NCBI GenBank assembly: GCA_918797485.1
Contig: CAKKNE010000001.1
Span: forward strand, 4,278,001-4,342,000
DNA length: 64,000 bases
Direction: 5' to 3'
From: Pelagomonas calceolata
Lineage: Eukaryota
A program made the translations under genes and the position numbers. Position 1 is the stretch's first letter, and each line of letters starts with the position of its first letter. Below are positions 31,753 through 40,831 of this stretch, one piece after another. The notes below the pieces were generated by a model. It ran no database searches and was not told the origin of the DNA. It was given only the letters and a program-made list of their open reading frames with translations.

Positions 31753-33156
31753 TTAGATCCTATCTAAAGCCGAGATGTAGGCGTCCAGCGTCGCGTGCGC
31801 GAGCATGCTCTTCGACAGCAGCACGTCGTTCAGCTGCCAGAGGAGCTCCTCGCGCGCGCGGCCCGCGCCGCCCCGATACACGCCGACGGCGCCGTCCGCC
31901 CGCGGCTTCAGGAAGAACACGTCGCCCGGCAAGCGCAGCTCGTCGTCGTCCGTGAGCTTAGTCCGCTGCTCGTCCGTCACGGCGCGGCCCGCGGCGCCCA
32001 TGCCCTGCTCGAAGGCCGAGCCTGCTAGAGCCGCACCCAGTCGCACCGCGCCCAACGCCCCGCCCGCCGACGCCGGCAGGAACCGCCTCAATCGCTTCCG
32101 CAGCCGCCGCAGCGCCGACGGCGAGCACCTGCCGATACAGTCGTCTCCCAAAAGTACCGTGGTGCACCGCGCGCGGCGCGGGTCCCAGCTTCGAGCTGCT
32201 TTTGCCGATAAACAAGGCGCGCAGCCGACGCTCACGCACCGGATTTTTTGGGAAGGAAAGGGCGGCGGCCGCGGCGGCTCGCGCTTCTGGGCGAGGTTGA
32301 GGTCCCCGAGCTGCTGCTGCGGCTTCTTTGGTGGAGTAGGTGGCCGCCTTACAACACCACTCAAGAGAGACGCCGCCAACGCCGCGACGGCGCCGCCGCC
32401 GCCGTGGCCCACCAATACGACCTCGGTGCCGTTTTTCAGCGATGATAGCGTTTTCTGGAGACTGTCAACGACGTCCTCGGCGAGTTCTAGTAACGCGGCG
32501 GACGCGCGCGCCCGTTGAAAGTCCGGCGTGACAATATCACAAGCATCCGCGTCCAGCGCGGTCACGAGTTTGGTGGCGCCGCTCCGCCAGTGGATCGAGA
32601 TAACACACCTCGCGTCTTCCTCGACGACACACACCTCGCAGGCGCCTTGCGACGTCTCTACAATATCACCTTCCGGCGCTCGTCGGCAGAGCTCGCACGC
32701 TTCTAAGGCCTCGAGCGCCATGCGCGCCCGGCACGCCGCCGACGCGCGCTTTTTTAGGGCTCTAGGACCTCGCCCCGCCACGTCGCGTGCAGCGGCGACG
32801 CGCTCCGCCACCGTCGCCCCTGACGCCGCGCTCGCCCCCATCTTGATGGCGTGGTGCGTCGCGCCGTCCACGAACTTCACGGTTTTGGTGGACGTCGACA
32901 GCGCCAGCAACGCTCGCCGCACGCGCTTCGGACCCTTTTCGCCTAATTCAGGCGCTTCGCAGAGGAAGGCCGCGAGCGCGGAGAAGGGGTGCTCGAGCTC
33001 CTCCGTGGCGAAGAGCTTACGGCTTGTGAGCGTGCTGCCGCCTCGCGCGCCGCCGAGCCAGCGCGTGGCGTCTGCTCGGATCGACGGCGCGCCGCCGCCG
33101 AGCCGCCGCGTGGCGTCTGCTGCTGCAAGCGCCAGGAGCAGAGTGCTGGGCCGCAT
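31753..33156 (-). CDS. Class 3 lipase-like protein lacking the nucleophilic Ser
   Basis: VVLVGHGGGGAVAALAA, CVSVGCAPC, VLLGDDCIGR, SMLAH...YISAL. Confidence 0.65.
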   Translation of the reverse strand: MRPSTLLLALAAADATRRLGGGAPSIRADATRWLGGARGGSTLTSRKLFATEELEHPFSALAAFLCEAPELGEKGPKRVRRALLALSTSTKTVKFVDGATHHAIKMGASAASGATVAERVAAARDVAGRGPRALKKRASAACRARMALEALEACELCRRAPEGDIVETSQGACEVCVVEEDARCVISIHWRSGATKLVTALDADACDIVTPDFQRARASAALLELAEDVVDSLQKTLSSLKNGTEVVLVGHGGGGAVAALAASLLSGVVRRPPTPPKKPQQQLGDLNLAQKREPPRPPPFPSQKIRCVSVGCAPCLSAKAARSWDPRRARCTTVLLGDDCIGRCSPSALRRLRKRLRRFLPASAGGALGAVRLGAALAGSAFEQGMGAAGRAVTDEQRTKLTDDDELRLPGDVFFLKPRADGAVGVYRGGAGRAREELLWQLNDVLLSKSMLAHATLDAYISALDRI

Positions 33157-33345
33157 TGTTGCCGCGTTGCGATGGGCTCCGGTGGTCGCTGGCCAGTAAG
33201 TGATCACTTAACAGCTACTATCTGATAGATGCGCGCAATAGCGGCTCAACAGGCGCCGCGTTTGCCCGGACTTGCTTGCTGCTAGTGTGTTACAGGACGC
33301 TAGCCCGCTTTTTGCGCGGCCGAGGCTTAAAAAACGGTCGCATAG

Positions 33346-34509
33346 ATGGCCAGAGCCGGCCGCCGGGCGCGCCAGCGCGCGCGCGCATTGGCTTCTCGAA
33401 GGCTGGCCCAGCAGCGTGCTGAGCAGCGCGGCGCGAAGCGTGAACGCCTGGAGCGTGCCCGGCGGCGTCGACAGGAACTGATCCGTCGCCACGGTCCGCT
33501 AGGGCCTGTTCTCCAGAGGCTGGATGATGACTCCGACTCGTCCTCGAGCTCTGGCGACTCGTCCTCCGACGAATCCTCCGACGACGACAGCCGCGTCGAC
33601 GAGCAAGCATTATCACCGACTGCGATCTTCAACGCGTATGCGTCTACCGGGCGCTATAGAAGACTTGTCGATTATCTGCGGCGCAATCCCAGCAAGATGA
33701 GACTTCTCGAGGGCAGTCTACTTAATGCAAGCCAAGGTCCTGGCTGGGTGGGGCTTGCGACCCAATTCAACGAATTCGGACAAACGATGTTGCACCACGC
33801 GGCTCAACTGGAAGATCCAGCGATTGCTTCGATGCTGCTGCGGTACGGTGCTGACCCGAATGCAAGCGAAGAAGGAGATTCAACGCCGTTGCATTACGCG
33901 GCTGAGACCAGCTCCTATCGAACCTTGGCATGCTTGCTGGATAACGGTGCGGAAGTTGATGCGCAAGATGACATGGGAGCCACTCCGCTTATGTTGGCTG
34001 CTGAAGAGAACAGCCGGGAATGTTGCGTCGCGCTCATCGCGGCAGGCGCCAATGTCCACTACGAGGACGAGGACGCGGCCTCGGCTTTGTTCTACGCCGC
34101 GACCGAGCACAAACATCCCCGGTGCATCGTCCCACTCCTGGATGCGGGCGCGGAAGCCTCGGTCGACATACTGCAGGGGACGGTGCACGATGGCAGCCCG
34201 CGTGGGCTCCATCCGCTCCTACGCGTACCCCCTGCGACTGACGCAAACTTCAATATGCGGCGGTTCATCGACTCCAGGCGGTTGATTTTGGGTAACCGAC
34301 GTCACAGCTGGGTAACCTACGACCCCAAGGCGATGCGAGTGAACTTGCCCTACCTCGAACGAGTCTTTGCAGCGGGCGGTATATTTCTCTACGAACGCGA
34401 CGAGCGGCGCAGGCTTGTGAGTCTTCTCCGGCGTCACGTCGCCCCGCGCGCGCCCGACGACGTCCTCCACGTCATCATGTCGTTCTGGGGTCATCCGGGA
34501 AGCTACTAA
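33346..34509 (+). CDS. Ankyrin-repeat protein with C-terminal PDDVLHVIMSFW motif
   Basis: GQTMLHHAA, STPLHYAA, GATPLMLAA, SALFYAA repeats. Confidence 0.85.
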   Translation: MARAGRRARQRARALASRRLAQQRAEQRGAKRERLERARRRRQELIRRHGPLGPVLQRLDDDSDSSSSSGDSSSDESSDDDSRVDEQALSPTAIFNAYASTGRYRRLVDYLRRNPSKMRLLEGSLLNASQGPGWVGLATQFNEFGQTMLHHAAQLEDPAIASMLLRYGADPNASEEGDSTPLHYAAETSSYRTLACLLDNGAEVDAQDDMGATPLMLAAEENSRECCVALIAAGANVHYEDEDAASALFYAATEHKHPRCIVPLLDAGAEASVDILQGTVHDGSPRGLHPLLRVPPATDANFNMRRFIDSRRLILGNRRHSWVTYDPKAMRVNLPYLERVFAAGGIFLYERDERRRLVSLLRRHVAPRAPDDVLHVIMSFWGHPGSY

Positions 34510-34647
34510 GTATCTGTTCTATGTGACAAGAGACTTGATTTCCGCGCCGCACCCCGCACCACTTCAAAATCCGACGCGTTGCCGGCCGGGCTGCGACGCT
34601 GCCGACGCGACGCGACGACGACGTAAAGGCAGCCCAACAACACAACC

Positions 34648-35532
34648 ATGGTCCTCCTCCCCAGCAGCGCCGCCGCGACGGCGAAAGCCAAGGCCTGGGT
34701 CGCCCAGCAGCTCCAGACGGACTCATATACCACCAATCAATCGACGGGCAGCCGCGCCGCGCGCCTCTCGGAAATCGAGAAGCTGGCCATTGACGTGGCG
34801 GACCTCGAGAAGCAGGTCCAACAAGCTAGAAAGCGCGCGGACTACGCCCGGCGCGCGCGCGCGGGCACGCGCACGAAGGCCAAGGCCGCCGCGCGCATGC
34901 CCCACGACGCTCCTCCACCTCCGCCGCGGCGCCGCCGTTCCGAGGAGGAGGACGACGACGCGTTCGACGAGATGCAGAGCGGTCTCGATTCACTGAGGGA
35001 GAAGCGCGACAAGGCGCGGCAGCGGGAACTCAAGGCCGAAGCGCAGACCAAGCAGGCCGAACTAGAACTGGCCAAGTGCCTCGAAACCTTAGAGAGAGCG
35101 GCGCAGCGCCGGTCGGCGGCGCGGCGCGGGGAAGATGAAGGCGCGCCCTGGGTCGCGGCGGCGCAGGCCGAGCGCGACGCCTTCGAGAGCGTGCAGCGGA
35201 TGGCGGCGGCGCTGCCTGGTAATAGAGGTCCTGGCGCGGCGGACGTTGCGGAACTGCGGGACCGCGTGCGGAAGCAGAAGGACCAATGCCGGGCGCTGCG
35301 AAAACGGGCGTCCTCTAAAAGACGCCTCGCCGAGGCCTGGCGCGACGACGCGCAGCTCCACGCGAAGTGCGCGCTGGATGCCGCCGCGCGGCGCGACGCG
35401 CACGATTTAGGAAGGGCGTCGCGCCTGGCGCGGTCGGCGGTCCGCGCGGAGAGACATGTCGCGGAGGCGGAGACGCGCGAGGAGGCCTTCGCCCGACGCG
35501 CGGCGTTCGCCTCGGAGTTCAAAACAGAGTAA
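34648..35532 (+). CDS. Hypothetical coiled-coil protein
   Basis: Long ATG ORF with heptad-rich E/K/R/A composition. Confidence 0.55.
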   Translation: MVLLPSSAAATAKAKAWVAQQLQTDSYTTNQSTGSRAARLSEIEKLAIDVADLEKQVQQARKRADYARRARAGTRTKAKAAARMPHDAPPPPPRRRRSEEEDDDAFDEMQSGLDSLREKRDKARQRELKAEAQTKQAELELAKCLETLERAAQRRSAARRGEDEGAPWVAAAQAERDAFESVQRMAAALPGNRGPGAADVAELRDRVRKQKDQCRALRKRASSKRRLAEAWRDDAQLHAKCALDAAARRDAHDLGRASRLARSAVRAERHVAEAETREEAFARRAAFASEFKTE

Positions 35533-35533
35533 C

Positions 35534-38053
35534 TTACCACACATAGTACCAATATCCGTAGTCATCGTCGTACTCGGAGTACGTCGCGTTGACGGCGAGC
35601 GAGGCGGTGCCTAGCGACCGCCCGTCTTCGAGGGACGTCTTGGCGACGAAGTTGTCCGAGAACGTGTAGACGGCGTCGCCGCGGCGCAGCGACCGCGTGA
35701 CGTGGCCGCCCGAGGAAGCCGAGCTCCGCTGGGAGTAGGCCCACCAGTAGTTGTTGTTGTCGTCGTCGTCCTCGTCCCAGAATTCGGGACTCAAATGCGT
35801 CACGTTGCCCAACGGATTTAGGGCGACATCCAGCCTGTGTGGAAATCAAATATCAAGCGCCCCATGCCATTGACGCGCCATGGTCCTTGTGACCGCGTCT
35901 GCTCAATGGTGTGGAGATTCTACGTCATCGACGCGACGTTGTCCCCGGAACGGCGGCAGCTCGATGGCGTGGAGGTTCACAAAGGTCTCCGCAATAATCT
36001 AACTCACTGGTTAATTTCCACACAGCATCCAACATGAGTAACCCTTGGAAGTAGTTCGCGCCCGTCGCCCAGACCGACGTATCGGTGGAGCCCCGTTCTT
36101 TCGCGAGCGCCAGCGACGCGAGTTGGGCAGGCACGGCGAAGATTCCCGGCGAGGCGACGCCGGCGGCGCGTAGGTCGCTCGCGGACCAGAACTGGAAGGC
36201 CTTGGCGTCGTCTAGGGCCTCGGAGTCCGAGCCGCGGTCAGCGACAACGAGCACGGCGGCCTGGCGCGGATTGAGCTCGTCAGAGACGTCGAACAGCGAG
36301 AACTGGAGGCCCCGCTCCGTGCCCGTCTCCGGGTCCGCGTCGCGGCCCACTCCTATCATATGGGTGGCGTTGACCGGGTGGAGGTACGACGAGAAGCCCG
36401 GGATCTTGAGCTCGCCCAGCACCTTCGGGACCGCATCGTCGAGAGAAATGACGAACAACCTGTGCGCAAATCAATCAGTGAGTCGGGTGCGGCCGCCACG
36501 CCATCGAAGCGAGCGCCGTCACAGTTTGATTTATGCACCGAGAACAACGGATCAGTCTGCACAAAGGTCACCAAATAACACCTATCCGTAGTAAAGCGCA
36601 CGGCCTTGATGGTCTCGCCCGGCGCGAGGCCCTCGACGGCACCTACTTCGTTGCCTGCCGCGTCGAAGGCGTAGAGGTTGTTGCTCGTGTCGAACCACCA
36701 GCCCGAGACCGCCCTCGACGTCGTCGCTGCCCTAAACATCCCGTCCGCCTCGCTCATGGCGTACTGATTGAGTAGCTGGCCTGGGGCCCACATCATCGTG
36801 TCGAAGGCGACCTCTGGACCACTTAACCGCAGCTTCAGGAACACGGAACGTGTATAGGAAGCGCTCTGATAGTAGGTCCACTCCGCCAGCACGAGGTAAA
36901 TATTGTTTCGGGAGGCGTAGACCGCGCCGTCGGCGGCTTTGCCAGCAATGACCTGGAACGTCGTTTCTGCGTCTACGTCGTCCATATCAATCGCGGCCAC
37001 CACCGTAAAGTCGTCTAAGTTTTCAGATACGGTATTGAGGAACACGACCTCGTCGCACGCCACGGCCGGCTCCATCCACGTCGAGTTTTCGCGCTGGTAG
37101 AAGGGCACGCTGGACCGGGGGTCGGCCCAGTACGTCCGCCTGGCGAGCACCAAATAAGCGTACGAGTCGACCTTTCGCGCGCTCACGTAGGAGCCCTCGA
37201 TAATTTGCCGTCGCAGCAGTACGGGCGCCGGATTGGTGATGTCGAAGGTCAGGACCACCGTCGCGGGCTCACCTTTATTACAGTAGTCGTAGTCGTCGCT
37301 TTTCGCATCGGTATCGTCGTAGATCACCTCAGCGCTCCCGTAGAGGAGTAGCACGTCACCTTGCACGAACATGGCCTCGGGCGTCGTCGCCAGCGGTTCC
37401 AGGTCTACAGAAGCGACGAGTTCGAGACCGTCCACTCCGTCCTCCACCACGGACAGGCGATAGGCGCAGTCCTCCAACGACCCGTCGTCCTCGCGCTCGC
37501 CGCCCCGTATCTCCCCGACCTTGTAGATGAAGTCGCCGGACGTCTTGACCGTGTCCGCCTCGTCGACGCCTTCCTCCTGCACGTTCGTGCCCGAGAAGTC
37601 CTCTGAGGTAGGGGTGTCCTCGGCGCCGCCGTCCTCGGCCGTCGCGAAGACGGGCCCGCCCCGCAGCCAGCCGTCGCGGCTCCGGCAGCGGCCGCCCCGG
37701 ACCTCCTTGATGCGGCGCGGGGCGTTGTCGGCGCCGCCCCTCGCGGGGCAGGGGCCCGACGACTCGCGCGCGGCGAGGAGTTGGGCGCAGTCATCATACG
37801 TCGCCACGGTCAGCGGCGGCGACGACGCGAAGGCGGCGGCGTAGGCGGCGGCGACGCCGGGGCTGTCGCTATGGTTGTTCTTTTTGCCGTCGCTCGTCGT
37901 GAGCACGATTGCGATCGTTACGACGCCTGCGACGAGCACCGCGGCCGCCAAGCATAGTGCTATGCGCAGCCCGTGGCCCCCAGCCTTTGCCGGCTTATCG
38001 GTTTGGTGCTCCGGCAGGATGCTCGTGGCCTTCTTGGTTGGGGAGGGCAGCAT
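35534..38053 (-). CDS. Type II membrane protein with Beta_propel (PF09826-like) domain, 3 exons (introns 36460-36548 and 35835-36033)
   Basis: FSGTNVQEEGVDEADTVKT, GQLLNQYAMSE, GLAPGETIKAVRF; splicing restores TDPLFVISL, GELKIPGFSSYLHP and FQGLLMLDV..LGNVTH. Confidence 0.85.
35835..36033 (-). mobile_element. Introner-like intron (199 nt) with TIRs and 8-bp TSD
   Basis: TIRs ctgtgtggaaatcaa / ttaatttccacacag (1 mismatch); TSD catccagc (35827-34) / catccaac (36026-33); the TSD supplies GT and the TIR supplies AG. Confidence 0.85.
36460..36548 (-). mobile_element. Introner-like intron (89 nt) with TIRs and 8-bp TSD
   Basis: TIR-like ctgtgcgcaaatcaa / ttgatttatgcaccg; TSD cgaacaac / agaacaac; splicing restores DPLFV. 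Confidence 0.85.
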
Positions 38054-38252
38054 GATCAGCTGCCCGTAGTCATGCCTGAGCGTGAGAAGCATTTTGGGAT
38101 TATATTTCTGAGCTAGCGGCAGTAACACACGAGCCACCGGAGTGCATCGCGGGTGAAGCATTTGACCAGCCCATCTGCCCCATTCCCACAGCGAACAACA
38201 CTTTCGCTGAGCCAAAATAATCGTGCATCCGCGTGGGACCCCTGCGCCTACG

Positions 38253-39293
38253 ATGCCGCCGCGCAAGCGAGCGGCCAAGGCCAAGGCTGAAGACGGCCCG
38301 GCCAAAAAGAAGCCCGCGAGACGAGCCGCAGCGGCGGCTAGCGAGGCGACTGAGGTCGAGGCCCCGCCGGCCAAGCCAGCATCAAAGCCAGCAGCACGGC
38401 CGCGCAAGCGCGCGGCAGCCGCCGAGGCGCCCGCACCGCCGCCGGCGAAACGCGCTGCCCCGGCTTCCGCCTTTGACGAGACCGAGGCGACGAAGGCCGC
38501 CAAAAAACTGACAGTGCCCAAGCTCCGCGCCGCGCTCGAGGCCGCGGGCGCCGACACGAAGGGCCTCAAGGCGGCACTCGTCGAGCGCCTCGTCGCCACG
38601 CAGCGCGCCGCGTCCGCGGATGGGGAAGCGACTACGCCAACCCCCGCGGAAGCTGAGGCCCCCGCGCCGTCGCGCAAGCGCAAGGGCCCGCCCGTCCTCT
38701 ACTCGGCCCCGGCCCGGCAGCCGGCCAAGCTCACGCGCGCCGCGCAAGCCGAGATCTCGGGCGCGCTCTCCCCCGACGTCGGCGGACGGCGCGGCGCGCC
38801 CTTCGAGGCCGACGCGCCGCCGGCCCCCGCGCCGGCGCCCGCGCCCGCGCCGCCGCGCGACCCGGACGCGTACCACGTCGACGTCGACCCGCGGCCGCCG
38901 GCGAACCGCGTCGCCGCGCCGGCCGCCGCGGCGCCGGCGCCCGCCGCGCCCGCGCCCGCGCCGCCACCCGCGGCGGCGCCGGCGCCCGCCTCCCGACCGC
39001 CGCCGCCGCTCGCGCCGCCGCCGCCCGGCGTGCGCGCCTGGGACCCGGCGACGGACGCGTCGGCGCCGAGCTTCGGCCTCGCCGTGCCCGCGCGCGCGCC
39101 CGCCGCCGCGAACGTGTCGCCCATGTCGCCGTGGTTCCTCTGCGGCGGGCCGCCGCCTCTCGCCAAGCAGCACGGCCCCGCGTCGGCCGGGCGGCCGGAC
39201 GCGGCCGACGTGCTGCGCCGCGTCCGCGACGAGGCCCAGGCCGCGGGCCGGCTCGGCGACGTCCTCCGCGGCGCGCTCGAGACGCGCACCTAG
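38253..39293 (+). CDS. SAP-domain, Pro/Ala-rich protein
   Basis: KLTVPKLRAALEAAGADTKGLKAALVERL is a SAP motif. Confidence 0.65.
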   Translation: MPPRKRAAKAKAEDGPAKKKPARRAAAAASEATEVEAPPAKPASKPAARPRKRAAAAEAPAPPPAKRAAPASAFDETEATKAAKKLTVPKLRAALEAAGADTKGLKAALVERLVATQRAASADGEATTPTPAEAEAPAPSRKRKGPPVLYSAPARQPAKLTRAAQAEISGALSPDVGGRRGAPFEADAPPAPAPAPAPAPPRDPDAYHVDVDPRPPANRVAAPAAAAPAPAAPAPAPPPAAAPAPASRPPPPLAPPPPGVRAWDPATDASAPSFGLAVPARAPAAANVSPMSPWFLCGGPPPLAKQHGPASAGRPDAADVLRRVRDEAQAAGRLGDVLRGALETRT

Positions 39294-39326
39294 CTAACTT
39301 AACTTATACGTAGTACATCACACATA

Positions 39327-40541
39327 TCATTCGCCCGGCGTATCCAGCGTGGCCGGCTGCTGCGGTGCCACACCGGGTGCAGGCTCGACAGGTTCCGGCG
39401 CGGCCGGAGCACTCACTACCTCTGGCGCCTCAGAAAGGTCGATGACTCCCTCCGCGGCGTCGCCGAGGAACAGCCGCGGCACGCAGCCGTGCCGGCCGTC
39501 TTCCGGCATGGCAAACAGTGCCGTTTCCAACACTTCGACCTCGGCGTCGACCGCCACGACCGTCGCTTCGAGCGCCGTGGCCCGTTCCCGCAGGACCTGC
39601 GTGGAAGTCAACCAGTGAGTCTCCGTCACCTTTACGCCATCGAGCAGAATGTATGAAATTCGATTTCCACACGGGCGCAGGACGGCCGGCGCGTGCAGCG
39701 GATACCACTTCGCCGCACTCCGCCCGAGCGAGAGCAGCTTCACCACGCCGCGCCGCGCGGCCTCGCCGCCGTCGACGAACAGCGCCTTCAGAGCGGGCCG
39801 CTCAAAGAGCGCCGCCGCCAGCGCGTCCGTCGACGCGACGATGGCGTCGCGGGCGGCGTCCGCGGCAGCGCCGACGCCGCTGATCACTAGATCCTCGCGC
39901 TCGCGTTCCTCCGCCGCCCGCCTTTCCGCTAGCGCTTCGGCGTCGGCCTCCGCGGCGACGCGCGCGGCATCTACGGCCCGGCACTCCGCCACGAGCGCCG
40001 CGTCGTTGTCGGCCCGCGACGCCGCCAGCGCTCGTTCCAACTCGTCCTCCGGGGCGCTCGCCGCGCGCGCCGCCGCCAGCGCGCGCGCCAGGTCCACGGG
40101 CGGGTTGGCTGCCGACGGCGGCGCCTCGATGCCCGCCTCGGCGCGCGACAGGGCCAGCGCGCGCTGCAGGTCGTCCTCGGCGTCGCCGGCTGTGGCCGCC
40201 ATGGACAGCTCGAGCGCGCGGCGCAGGGCGTCCGGGGCGACCACGCCTTGCTGCTGCGGTGGCGGTATCTGTGGCCGCGGTGGCGCCGGCGCGGGTGGCG
40301 TTGGTCGTCGCTGCGGCGCCGGCGCCGGCGGACGCGGCCGCGCCGGCGCCGGCGCGACGCGCTGCGGCCGCCGCTTTTTTGCTTTCCGGGCGGCTGGTAC
40401 GTTCCGGCGCTCGAGCGCTTCGAGCATCCGTCGGCGCCGCGTTCCCGGCGAGACGTCGGCCGCCGACGCCGTAGTTGTGGATGTGGTCGACGCAGTCGAC
40501 TCGGACGCCTCAGAACGCGCGCTGGAGGGTGGGTCGCTCAT
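39327..40541 (-). CDS. Protein with ubiquitin-interacting motifs (in-frame intron 39597-39683)
   Basis: DALRRALELSM, EDDLQRALALSRAE, EDELERALAASRAD. Confidence 0.65.
   Translation of the reverse strand: MSDPPSSARSEASESTASTTSTTTASAADVSPGTRRRRMLEALERRNVPAARKAKKRRPQRVAPAPARPRPPAPAPQRRPTPPAPAPPRPQIPPPQQQGVVAPDALRRALELSMAATAGDAEDDLQRALALSRAEAGIEAPPSAANPPVDLARALAAARAASAPEDELERALAASRADNDAALVAECRAVDAARVAAEADAEALAERRAAEEREREDLVISGVGAAADAARDAIVASTDALAAALFERPALKALFVDGGEAARRGVVKLLSLGRSAAKWYPLHAPAVLRPCGNRISYILLDGVKVTETHWLTSTQVLRERATALEATVVAVDAEVEVLETALFAMPEDGRHGCVPRLFLGDAAEGVIDLSEAPEVVSAPAAPEPVEPAPGVAPQQPATLDTPGE
39597..39683 (-). mobile_element. Introner-like in-frame intron (87 nt)
   Basis: Perfect TSD cgcaggac at 39589-96 and 39676-83; TIR-like ctgcgtggaagtcaa / tcgatttccacacgg; duplicated VLR in the read-through translation. 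Confidence 0.8.
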
Positions 40542-40630
40542 TTATACGCTCCACGCGCCGCGCCGCGCCGCTGAGATTGATCCTTGTGAGCGCCGCACGC
40601 AGTGCGCCCGCGCAGTGACTAGTTCAGGCT

Positions 40631-40721
40631 GGGCGCTGGTGGTGGGGCGTCGGTCTGGTGCCGCAGCGCGTTGATGTGGTTGCGTACCTCGGTCTTGGAT
40701 TGCTTGGCACAGTGCTGCTGC
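40631..40721. repeat. 91-bp direct repeat, second copy at 41987-42077
   Basis: gggcgctggtggtgggg...gcgttgatgtggttgcgtacctcggtcttggattgcttggc.cagtgctgctgc; 5 mismatches by eye. Confidence 0.9.
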
Positions 40722-40831
40722 TTCTCTCCCGTTGCCGGCGGCTTTTTGGTGCTAGTGGCTCTATCGCTGGGTCGAGCTACATCGTCTACATCGTCTCACT
40801 TAAAGAGAAGCCGAAACCCCCCCTCTCTAAG

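Noticed and set aside
38053..38683. N-terminal extension of the 775-aa minus-strand ORF (36356..38683)
   Set aside because: It is the antisense shadow of the SAP gene at 38253 and spans the divergent promoter motif at 38112; the real start is likely 38053 or 38092
39649..40674. 341-aa plus-strand Ala/Ser/Arg ORF
   Set aside because: Antisense shadow of the UIM-protein gene
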